Origin: Eledone cirrhosa
Taxonomy: Eukaryota
Assembly (NCBI GenBank): GCA_964016885.1
Contig: OZ024742.1
Location: 219,728,001-219,792,000, forward strand
DNA length: 64,000 bases
Direction of reading: 5' to 3'
The position numbers and the translations under genes were made by a program. Below are positions 1 through 15,000 of the stretch, in pieces (position 1 is the first letter of the stretch; every line of letters begins with the position of its first letter). The notes beneath the pieces are model-generated. The model was not told where the DNA came from and ran no database searches. It saw only the letters and a list, made by a program, of their open reading frames with translations.

Positions 1-3000
1 AAATATAATATACTATATGTAACTATAATATAGTGTATGTGACTATACTATATAGTATGTGACTATAATATAGTGTATGTGAGTATAATATACGATATGT
101 AACTATAATATACTATATGTGACTATAATATAGTGTATGTGACTATAATATACTATATGTGACTATAATATAGTGAATGTGACTATAATATAGTGTATGT
201 GACTATAATATATTGTATGTGACTATAATTTAGTGTATGTGACTATAATATATAGTACGTGACTATACTATAGTCTATTCAACTATAATATAGTGTATGT
301 AACTATACTAAAGTGTATGTGACTATAATATAGAGTATGTGACTATAATATATTGTATGTGACTATAATATACTATATGTGAGTATAATATAATATATGT
401 GACTATAACATAGTGAATGTGATTATAATATAGTGTATGTAAATATAATATACTATATGTGACTATAATATAGTGTATGTGACTATACTATATAGTATGT
501 AACTATAATATAGTGTATGTGACTATACTATAGTGTATGTAACTATAATATAGTGTATGTTACTATAATATACTATATGTAACTATAATATAGTGTATGT
601 AACTATAATATAGGGTATGTGACTATAATATAGTGTATGTGTCTATAATATAGTCTATGTGACTACAATATAGTGTATGTAATTATAATATAGTGTATGT
701 GACTATAATATAGTGTATGTGACCATAATATATTGTATGTGACTATAATATAGTGTATGTGACTATAATATACTGTATGTGACTATACTATAGTGTATGT
801 GACTATAATATAGTGTATGTGACTATAATATAGTGTATGGAATATAATATAGTGTATGTGCCTATATTATACTATATGTAACTATAATATAGTGTATGTG
901 ACTATAATATAGTGTATGTGACTATAATATAGTGTATGTAACTATAATATAGTGTATGTGACTATAATATACTGTATGTGACTATAATATAGTGTATGTG
1001 ACTATTATATAGTGTATGTGACTATAATATAGTGTATGTGACTATAATATACTATATGTGACTATAATATACTATGTGTGACTATAATATAGTGTATGTG
1101 ACTATAATATAATGTATGTGACTATAATATACTATATGTAACTATAATATAGTGTATGTGACTATACTATATAGTATGTGACTATAATATAGTGTATGTG
1201 AGTATAATATACGATATGTAACTATAATATACTATATGTGACTATAATATAGTGTATGTGACTATAATATACTATATGTGACTATAATATAGTGAATGTG
1301 ACTATAATATAGTGTATGTGACTATAATATATTGTATGTGACTATAATTTAGTGTATGTGACTATAATATATAGTACGTGACGATACTATAGTCTATTCA
1401 ACTATAATATAGTGTATGTAACTATACTAAAGTGTATGTGACTATAATATAGAGTATGTGACTATAATATATTGTATGTGACTATAATATACTATATGTG
1501 AGTATAATATAATATATGTGACTATAACATAGTGAATGTGATTATAATATAGTGTATGTAAATATAATATACTATATGTGACTATAATATAGTGTATGTG
1601 ACTATACTATATAGTATGTAACTATAATATAGTGTATGTGACTATACTATAGTGTATGTAACTATAATATAGTGTATGTTACTATAATATACTATATGTA
1701 ACTATAATATAGTGTATGTAACTATAATATAGGGTATGTGACTATAATATAGTGTATGTGTCTATAATATAGTCTATGTGACTACAATATAGTGTATGTA
1801 ATTATAATATAGTGTATGTGACTATAATATAGTGTATGTGACTATAATATAGTGTATGTAACTATAATATAGTGTATGTGACTATAATATATTGTATGTA
1901 ACTATAATATAGTGTATGTAACTATAATATAGTGTATGTGACTATAATATAGTGTATGTGACTATAATATAGTGTATGTGACTATAATATAGTGTGACTG
2001 TAATATAGTGTATGTAACTATAATATAGTGTATGTGACTATACTATATTGTATGTGACTATAATATAGTGTATGTGACTATAATATAGTGTGACTGTAAT
2101 ATATTGTATGTGACTATAATATAGTGTATGTAACTATAATATAGTGTATGTGACTATACCTTATTGTATGTGACTATAATATAGTGTATGTGACTATAAT
2201 ATAATCTATGTGACTATAATATACTATATGTAATTATAATATAGTGTATATAACTATAATATAATGTATGTGACTATAATATATTGTATGTGACTATACT
2301 ATAGTGTATGTGACTATAATATAGTGTATGTGACTATAATATAGTGTATGTGACTATAATATAGTGTATGTGACTATACTATGGAGTATGTGACTTTAAT
2401 ATTGTGTATGTGACTATAATATACTGTATGTGACTATACTATAGTGTATGTGACTACAATATAGTGTATGTGACTATAATATAGTGTATGTGACTTTAAT
2501 ATAGTGTATGTGACTATAATATAGTGTATGTAACTATAATATATTGTATGTTACTATACTATATTGTATATGACTATAATATAGTGTATGTGACTATAAT
2601 ATAGTGTGACTGTAATATAGTGTATGTAACTATAATATAGTGTATGTGACTATAATATACGGTATGTGACTATAATATACTGCATGTGACTATAATATAG
2701 TGTATGTAACTATAATATAGTGTATGTGACTATAATAGAGTGTATGTGGCTATAATATAGTGTATGTGACTATAATAAAGTGTATGTGGCTATAATATAT
2801 TGTATGTGACTATAATATACTATATGTGACTATAATATACTATATGTGACTATAATATAGTGAATGTGATTATAATATAGTGTATGTAACTATATTATAC
2901 TATATGTAACTATAATATAGTGTATGTGACTATAATATACTGTATGTGACTATAATATAGTGTATGTGACTATTATATAGTGTATGTGACTATAATATAG

Positions 3001-6000
3001 TGTATGTGACTATAATATACTATATGTGACTATAATATACTATGTGTGACTATAATATAGTGTATGTGACTATAATATAATGTATGTGACTATAATATAC
3101 TATATGTGACTATAATATAGTGTATGTGACTATAATATACTATATGTAACTATAATATACTATATGTGAATATAATATACTATATGTGACTATAATATAC
3201 TATATGTGACTATAATATACTATATGTGACTATAATATACTATATTTGACTATAATATACTATATGTGACTATAATATACTATATGTGACTATAATATAG
3301 TGTATGTGACTATAATATATTGTATGTGACTATAATATAGTGTATGTAACTATAATATAGTGTATGTGACTATAATATAGTGTATGTGACTATAATATAG
3401 TGTATGTGACTATAATATACTATATGTGACTATAATATAGTGTATGTAACTATACTATAGTGTATGTGACTATAATATATTGTATGTGACTATAATATAG
3501 TGTATGTGACTATAATATAGTGTATGTAACTATAATATATTGTATGTGACTATAATATAGTGTATGTGACTATAATATAGTGTATGTGACTATAATATAC
3601 TATATGTGACTATAATATATTATATGTGACTATGATATAGTGTATGTGACTATAAAATAGTCTACGTGACTATAATATAGTGTATGTGACTATACTATAG
3701 TGTATGTGACTATAATATAGTGTATGTGACTATAATATATTATATGTGACTATAATATAGTGTATGTGACTATAATATAGTGTATGTAATTATAATATAT
3801 TGTATGTAACTATAATATAGTGTATGTGACTATCATATATTGTATGTAACTATAATATAGTGTATGTAACTATAATATAGTGTATGTAACTATAATATAG
3901 TGTATGTGACTATAATATAGTGAATGTGACTATAATATATTGTATGTGACTATAATATAGTGTATGTGACTATAATATACTATATGTGACTATAATATAG
4001 TGTATGTGACTATAATATAGTGTATGTAACTATACTATAGTGTATGTGACTATAATATATTGTATGTGACTATAATATATTGTATGTGACTATAATATAG
4101 TGTATGTAACTATAATATATTGTATGTGACTATAATATAGTGTATGTGACTATAATATAGTGTATGTGACTATAATATACTATATGTGACTATAATATAG
4201 TGTATGTGACTACAATATAGTGTATGTGACTATAATATACTATATGTAACTATAATATATTGTATGTGACTATAATATACTGTATGTGACTATAATATGT
4301 GTATGTGACTACAATATAGTGTATGTAACTATAATATAGTGTATGTAACTATAATATAGTGTATGTGACTATAATATAGTGAATGTGCCTCTAATATAGT
4401 GTATGTTACTATAATATAGTGTATGTGACTATAATATAGTGTATGTGACTATACTATAGTGTATGTGACTATAATATATTGTATGTAACTATACTATAGT
4501 GTATGTGACTATAATATATTGTATGTAACTATACTATAGTGTATGTAACTATACTATAGTGTATGTAACTATAATATAGTGTATGTGACCATACTATAGT
4601 GTATGTGACTATAATATAGTGTATGTCACTATAATATAGAGTATGTGACTATAATATATTGTATGTGACTATAATATACTATATGTGAGTATAATACAAT
4701 ATATGTGACTATAACATAGTGAATGTGATTATAATATAGTGTATGTAAATATAATATACTATATGTAACTATAATATAGTGTATGTGACTATACTATATA
4801 GTATGTGACTATAATATAGTGTATGTGAGTATAATATACGATATGTAACTATAATATACTATATGTGACTATAATATAGTGTATGTGACTATAATATACT
4901 ATATGTGACTATAATATAGTGAATGTGACTATAATATAGTGTATGTGACTATAATATATTGTATGTGACTATAATTTAGTGTATGTGACTATAATATATA
5001 GTACGTGACTATACTATAGTCTATTCAACTATAATATAGTGTATGTAACTATACTAAAGTGTATGTGACTATAATATAGAGTATGTGACTATAATATATT
5101 GTATGTGACTATAATATACTATATGTGAGTATAATATAATATATGTGACTATAACATAGTGAATGTGATTATAATATAGTGTATGTAAATATAATATACT
5201 ATATGTGACTATAATATAGTGTATGTGACTATACTATATAGTATGTAACTATAATATAGTGTATGTGACTATACTATAGTGTATGTAACTATAATATAGT
5301 GTATGTTACTATAATATACTATATGTAACTATAATATAGTGTATGTGACTGTAATATAGGGTATGTGACTATAATATAGTGTATGTGTCTATAATATAGT
5401 CTATGTGACTACAATATAGTGTATGTAATTATAATATAGTGTATGTGACTATAATATAGTGTATGTGACCATAATATAGTGTATGTGACCATAATATATT
5501 GTATGTGACTATAATATAGTGTATGTGACTATAATATACTGTATGTGACTATACTATAGTGTATGTGACTATAATATAGTGTATGTGACTATAATATAGT
5601 GTATGGAATATAATATAGTGTATGTGACTATAATATAGTGTATGTGCCTATATTATACTATATGTAACTATAATATAGTGTATGTGACTATAATATAGTG
5701 TATGTGACTATAATATAGTGTATGTAACTATAATATAGTGTATGTGACTATAATATATTGTATGTAACTATAATATAGTGTATGTAACTATAATATAGTG
5801 TATGTGACTATAATATAGTGTATGTGACTATAATATAGTGTATGTGACTATACTATAGTGTATGTGACTTTAATATAGTGTATGTGACTATAATATACTG
5901 TATGTGACTATACTATAGTGTGTGTGACTATAATATAGTGTATGTGACTATACTATATTGTATGTGACTATAATATAGTGTATGTGACTATAATATAGTG

Positions 6001-9000
6001 TATGTGACTATAATATAGTGTGACTGTAATATAGTGTATGTAACTATAATATAGTGTATGTGACTATACTATATTGTATGTGACTATAATATAGTGTATG
6101 TGACTATAATATAGTGTGACTGTAATATATTGTATGTGACTATAATATAGTGTATGTAACTATAATATAGTGTATGTGACTATACCTTATTGTATGTGAC
6201 TATAATATAGTGTATGTGACTATAATATAATCTATGTGACTATAATATACTATATGTAATTATAATATAGTGTATATAACTATAATATAATGGATGTGAC
6301 TATAATATATTGTATGTGACTATACTATAGTGTATGTGACTATAATATACTGTATGTGACTATAATATAGTGTATGTAACTATAATATAGTGTATGTATC
6401 TATAATATACTGTATGTGACTATACTATAGTGTATGTGACTATAATATAGTGTATGTGACTATAATATAGTGTATGTGACTATAATATAGTGTATGTGAC
6501 TATACTATGGAGTATGTGACTTTAATATTGTGTATGCGACTATAATATACTGTATGTGACTATACTATAGTGTATGTGACTACAATATAGTGTATGTGAC
6601 TATAATATAGTGTATGTGACTTTAATATAGTGTATGTGACTATAATATAGTGTATGTAACTATAATATAGTGTATGTTACTATACTATATTGTATGTGAC
6701 TATAATATAGTGTATGTGACTATAATATAGTGTGACTGTAATATAGTGTATGTAACTATAATATAGTGTATGTGACTATAATATACGGTATGTGACTATA
6801 ATATACTGCATGTGACTATAATATAGTGTATGTAACTATAATATAGTGTATGTGACTATAATAGAGTGTATGTGGCTATAATATAGTGTATGTGACTATA
6901 ATAGAGTGTATGTGGCTATAATATATTGTATGTGACTATAATATACTACATGTGACTATAATATACTATATGTGACTATAATATAGTGAATGTGATTATA
7001 ATATAGTGTATGTAACTATATTATACTATATGTAACTATAATATAGTGTATGTGACTATAATATACTGTATGTGACTATAATATAGTGTATGTGACTATT
7101 ATATAGTGTATGTGACTATAATATAGTGTATGTGACTATAATATACTATATGTGACTATAATATACTATGTGTGACTATAATATAGTGTATGTGACTATA
7201 ATATAATGTATGTGACTATAATATACTATATGTGACTATAATATAGTGTATGTGACTATAATATACTATATGTAACTATAATATACTATATGTGAATATA
7301 ATATACTATATGTGACTATAATATAATATATGTGACTATAATATACTATATGTGACTATAATATACTATATTTGACTATAATATACTATATGTGACTATA
7401 ATATACTATATGTGACTATAATATAGTGTATGTGACTATAATATATTGTATGTGACTATAATATAGTGTATGTAACTATAATATAGTTTATGTGACTATA
7501 ATATATTGTATGTAACTATAATATAGTGTATGTGACTGTAATATATTGTATGTGACTATAATATAGTGTATGTGACTATAATATAGTGTATGTGACTATA
7601 ATATAGTGTATGTGACTATAATATATTGTATGTGACTATAATATATTGTATGTGTCTATAATATATTGTATGTAACTATAATATAGTGTATGTAACTATA
7701 CTATAGTGTATGTAACTATAATATAGTGTATGTGACTATAATATATTGTATGTGACTATAATATAGTGTATGTGACTATAATATAGTGTATGTGACTATA
7801 CTATAGTGAATGTGGCTATAATATAGTGTATGTAACTATAATATAGTGTATGTGACTATACTATAGTGAATGTGACTATAATATAGTGTATGTAACTATA
7901 ATATAGTTTATGTGACTATAATATATTGTATGTAACTATAATATAGTGTATGTGAATATAATATAGTGTATGTGACTATAATATACTATATGTGACTATA
8001 ATATATTATATGTGACTATAATATAGTGTATGTGACTATAAAATAGTCTATGTGAATATAATATAGTGTATGTAACTATAATATAGTATATATAACTTTA
8101 ATATAGTGTATGTGACTATAATATACTATATATAACTATAATATATTGTATGTGACTATAATATAGTGTATGTGACTATAATATACTGTATGTGACTATA
8201 ATATAATATATGTGACTATAATATAGTGTATGTAACTATAATATAGTGTATGTGACTATAATATATTGTATGTGACTATAATATAGTGTATGCAACTATA
8301 ATATAGTGTATGTGACTATAATATAGTGTATGTGACTATAATATAGTGTATGTAACTATAATATAGTGTATGTGACTATAATATAGTGTATGTGACTATA
8401 CTATAGTGAATGTGGCTATAATATAGTGTATGTAACTATAATATAGTGTATGTGACTATACTATAGTGAATGTGACTATAATATAGTTTATGTAACTATA
8501 ATATAGTTTATGTGACTATAATATATTGTATGTAACTATAATATAGTGTATGTGACTGTAATATATTGTATGTGACTATAATATAGTGTATGTGACTATA
8601 ATATAGTGTATGTGACTATAATATAGTGTATGTGACTATAATATATTGTATGTGACTATAATATATTGTATGTAACTATAATATAGTGTATGTAACTATA
8701 CTATAGTGTATGTAACTATACTATAGTGTATGTAACTATAATATAGTGTATGTGACTATAATATAGTGTATGTGACTATACTATAGTGTATGTGACTATA
8801 CTATAGTGTATGTAACTATACTATAGTGTATGTAACTATAATATAGTTTATGTGACTATAATATATTGTATGTAACTATAATATAGTGTATGTGACTATA
8901 ATATATTGTATGTGACTATAATATAGTGTATGTGACTATAATATAGTGTATGTGACTATAATATAGTGTATGTGACTATAATATAGTGTATGTGACTATA

Positions 9001-12000
9001 ATATAGTGTATGTGACTATAATATAGTGTATGTGACTATAATATTGTGTATGTGACTATAATATAGAGTATGTGACTATAATATAGTGAATGTGACTATA
9101 ATATACTATATGTGACTATAATATAGTGTATGTAACTATAATATAGTGTATGTGACTATAATATAGTGTATGTGACTATAATATACTATATGTGACTATA
9201 ATATATTATATGTGACTATAATATAGTGTATGTGACTATAAAATAGTCTATGTGAATATAATATAGTGTATGTAACTATAATATAGTATATATAACTTTA
9301 ATATAGTGTATGTGACTATAATATACTACATATAACTATAATATATTGTATGTGACTATAATATAGTGTATGTGACTATAATATACTGTATGTGACTATA
9401 ATATAATATATGTGACTATAATATAGTGTATGTAACTATAATATAGTGTATGTGACTATAATATATTGTATGTGACTATAATATAGTGTATGTAACTATA
9501 ATATAGTGTATGTGACGATAATATAGTGTATGTGACTATAATATAGTGTATGTGACTATAATATACTATATGTGACTATAATATAGTGTATGTAACTATA
9601 CTATAGTGTATGTGACTATAATTTATTGTATGTGACTATAATATAGTGTATGTGACTATAATATAGTGTATGTAACTATAATATATTGTATGTGACTATA
9701 ATATAGTGTATGTGACTATAATATAGTGAAAGTGACTATAATATACTATATGTGACAATAATATAGTGTATGTGACTATAATATACTATATGTAACTATA
9801 ATATATTGTATGTGACTATAATATACTGTATGTGACTATAATATGTGTATGTGACTATAATATAGTGTATGTGACTATAATATAGTGTATGTGACTATAA
9901 TATAGTGTATGTAACTATAATATAGTGTATGTAACTATAATATACTGTATGTGACTATACTATAGTGTAAGTGACTACAATATAGTGTATGTAACTATAA
10001 TATAGTGTATGTGACTATAATATAGTGTAAGTAACTATAATATATTGTATGTGACTATAATATATTGTATGCGACTATAATATAGTGTATGTGACTATAA
10101 TATACTGTATGTGACTATAATATAATATATGTGACTATAATATAGTGTATGTAACTATAATATAGTGTATGTGACTATAATATATTGTATGTGACTATAA
10201 TATAGTGTATGCAACTATAATATAGTGTATGTGACTATAATATAGTGTATGTGACTATAATATAGTGTATGTAACTATAATATAGTGTATGTGACTATAA
10301 TATAGTGTATGTGACTATACTATAGTGAATGTGGCTATAATATAGTGTATGTAACTATAATATAGTGTATGTGACTATACTATAGTGAATGTGACCATAA
10401 TATAGTGTATGTAACTATAATATAGTGTATGTGACAATACTATAGTGTATGTGACTATACTATAGTGTATGTAACTATACTATAGTGTATGTAACTATAA
10501 TATAGTTTATGTGACTATAATATATTGTATGTAACTATAATATAGTGTATGTGACTATAATATAGTGTATGTGACTATAATATAGTGTATGTGACTATAA
10601 TATAGTGTATGTGACTATAATATAGTGTATGTGACTATAATATAGTGTATGTGACTATAATATAGTGTATGTGACTATAATATAGTGTATGTGACTATAA
10701 TATAGTGTATGTGACTATAATATAGTGTATGTGACTATAATATAGTGTATGTGACTATAATATAGTGTATGTAATTATAATATAGTGTATGTGACCATAA
10801 TATAGTGTATGTGACTATAATATACTATATGTGACTATAATATATTATATGTGACTATAATATAGTGTATGTGACTATAAATTAGTCTATGTGAATATAA
10901 TATATTGTATGTAACTATAATATAGTATATATAACTTTAATATAGTGTATGTGACTATAATATACTATATATAACTATAATATATTGTATGTGACTATAA
11001 TATAGTGTATGTGACTATAATATACTGTATGTGACTATAATATAATATATGTGACTATAATATAGTGTATGTAACTATACTATAGTGTATGTGACTATAA
11101 TATATTGTATGTGACTATAATATAGTGTATGTGACTATAATATAGTGTAAGTGACTACAATATACTATATGTGACAATAATATAGTGTATGTGACTATAA
11201 TATACTATATGTAACTATAATATATTGTATGTGACTATAATATACTGTATGTGACTATAATATGTGTATGTGACTATAATATAGTGTATGTGACTATAAT
11301 ATAGTGTATGTGACTATAATATAGTGTATGTAACTATAATATAGTGTATGTAACTATAATATACTGTATGTGACTATACTATAGTGTAAGTGACTACAAT
11401 ATAGTGTATGTAACTATAATATAGTGTATGTGACTATAATATAGTGTATGTAACTATAATATATTGTATGTGACTATAATATATTGTATGTGACTATAAT
11501 ATAGTGTATGTGACTATAATATATTGTATGTGACTATAATATAGTGTATGCAACTATAATATATTGTATGTAACTATAATATAGTGTATGTGACTATAAT
11601 ATAGTGTATGTGACTATAATATAGTGTATGTAACTATAATATAGTGTATGTGACTATAATATAGTGTATGTGACTATACTATAGTGAATGTGGCTATAAT
11701 ATAGTGTATGTAACTATAATATAGTGTATGTGACTATACTATAGTGAATGTGACTATAATATAGTGTATGTAACTATAATATAGTTTATGTGACTATAAT
11801 ATATTGTATGTAACCATAACATAGTGTATGTGACTATAATATATTGTATGTGACTATAATATAGTGTATGTGTCTATAATATAGTGTATGTGACTATAAT
11901 ATAGTGTATGTGACTATAATATATTGTATGTGACTATAATATATTGTATGTGACTATAATATATTGAATGTAACTATAATATAGTGTATGTAACTATACT

Positions 12001-15000
12001 ATAGTGTATGTAACTATACTATAGTGTATGTAACTATAATATAGTGTATGTGACTATAATATATTGTATGTGACTATAATATATTGTATGTAACTATAAT
12101 ATAGTGTATGTAACTATACTATAGTGTATGTAACTATACTATAGTGTATGTAACTATAATATAGTGTATGTGACTATAATATAGTGTATGTGACTATACT
12201 ATAGTGTCTGTGACTATACTATAGTGTATGTAACTATACTATAGTGTATGTAACTATAATATAGTTTATGTGACTATAATATATTGTATGTAACTATAAT
12301 ATAGTGTATGTGACTATAATATATTGTATGTGACTATAATATAGTGTATGTGACTATAATATAGTGTATGTGACTATAATATAGTGTATGTGACTATAAT
12401 ATACTATATGTAACTATAATATACTATATGTGAATATAATATACTATATGTGACTATAATATACTATATTTGACTATAATATACTATATGTGACTATAAT
12501 ATACTATATGTGACTATAATATACTATATTTGACTATAATATACTATATGTGACTATAATGTACTATATGTGACTATAATATACTGTATGTGACTATAAT
12601 ATAGTGTATGTGACTATAATATACTATATGTCACTATAATATAGTGTATGTAACTATACTATAGTGTATGCGACTATAATATATTGTATGTGACTATAAT
12701 ATAGTGTATGTTACTATAATATATTGTATGTGACTATAATATAGTGTATGTGACTATAATATAGTGTATGTGACTATAATATACTATATGTGACTATAAT
12801 ATAGTGTATGTGACTATAGTATACTATATGTAACTATAATATATTGTATGTTACTATAATATACTGTATGTGACCATAATATGTGTATGTAACTACAATA
12901 TAGTGTATGTAACTATAATATAGTGTATGTAACTATAATATAGTGTATGTGACTATAATATAGTGAATGTGACTCTAATATAGTGTATGTAACTATAATA
13001 TAGTGTATGTGACTATAATATAGTGTATGTGACTATACTATAGTGTATGTGACTATAATATAGTGTATGTGACTATAATATATTGTATGTAACTATAATA
13101 TATTGTATGTAACTATACTATAGTGTATGTGACTATAATATATTGTATGTAACTATACTATAGTGTATGTAACTATACTATAGTGTATGTAACTATAATA
13201 TAGTGTATGTGACTATAATATAGTGTATGTGACTATAATATAGTGTATGCAACTATAATATATTGTACGTAACTATACTATAGTGTATGTAACTATAATA
13301 TAGTGTATGTGACTATACTATAGCGTATGTGACTATAATATAGTGTATGTGACTATAATATATTGTATGTAACTATAATATATTGTATGTGACTATAATA
13401 CATTGTATGTGACTATAATATACTATATGTGACTATAATATAGTGTATGTGACTATAATATAGTGTATGCAACTATAATATATTGTACGTAACTATACTA
13501 TAGTGTATGTAACTATAATATAGTGTATGTGACTATACTATAGCGTATGTGACTATAATATAGTGTATGTGACTATAATATATTGTATGTAACTATAATA
13601 TATTGTATGTGACTATAATATAGTGTATGTGACTATAATATACTATATGTGACTATAATATAGTGTATGTGACTATAATATAGTGTATGTGACTATAATA
13701 TACTATATGTAACTATAATATATTGTATGTGACTATAATATACTGTATGTGACTATAATATGTGTACGTGACTATAATATAGTGTATGTAACTACAATAT
13801 ATTGTATGTGACTATAATATACTGTATGTGACTATAATATATTATATGTGACTATAATATATGGTATGTGACTACAATATAGTGTATGTGTCTATAATAT
13901 ATTGTATGTGACTATAATATAGTGTATGTGACTATAATATAGTGTATGTAACTATAATATAATGTATGTGACTATAATATAATTTATGTGACTATAATAT
14001 AGTGTATGTGACTATAATATATTGTATGTGAGTATAATATAGTGTATGGGACTATAATATAGTGTATGTGACTATACTATAGTGTATGTAACTATAATAT
14101 AGTGTATGTGACTATAATATAATGTATGTGACTATAATATACTATATGTGTCTATAATATACTATATGTGTCTATAATATACTATATGTGACTATAATAT
14201 ACTATGTGTGACTATAATATAGTGTATGTGACTATAATATACTATATGTGACTATAATATAGTGTATGTGACTATAATATATTATATGTAACTATAACAT
14301 ACTATATGTGAATATAATATACTATATGTGACTATAATATACTATATGTGACTATAATATACTATATGTGACTATAATATAGTGTATGTGACTATAATAT
14401 CTTGTATGTGACTATAATATAGTGTATGTGACTATAATATAGTGTATGTGACTATAACATACTATATGTGACTATAATATAGTGTATGTAACTATACTAT
14501 AGTGTATGTGACTATAATATATTGTATGTGACTATAATATAGTGTATGTGACTATAATATACTATATGTGACTATAATATAGTGTATGTGACTATAATAT
14601 AGTGTATGTGACTATAATAGAGTGTATGTGGCTATAATATAGTGTATGTGACTATAATAGAGTGTATGTGGCTATAATATATTGTATGTGACTATAATAT
14701 ACTACATGTGACTATAATATACTATATGTGACTATAATATAGTGAATGTGATTATAATATAGTGTATGTAACTATATTATACTATATGTAACTATAATAT
14801 AGTGTATGTGACTATAATATACTGTATGTGACTATAATATAGTGTATGTGACTATTATATAGTGTATGTGACTATAATATAGTGTATGTGACTATAATAT
14901 ACTATATGTGACTATAATATACTATGTGTGACTATAATATAGTGTATGTGACTATAATATAATGTATGTGACTATAATATACTATATGTGACTATAATAT

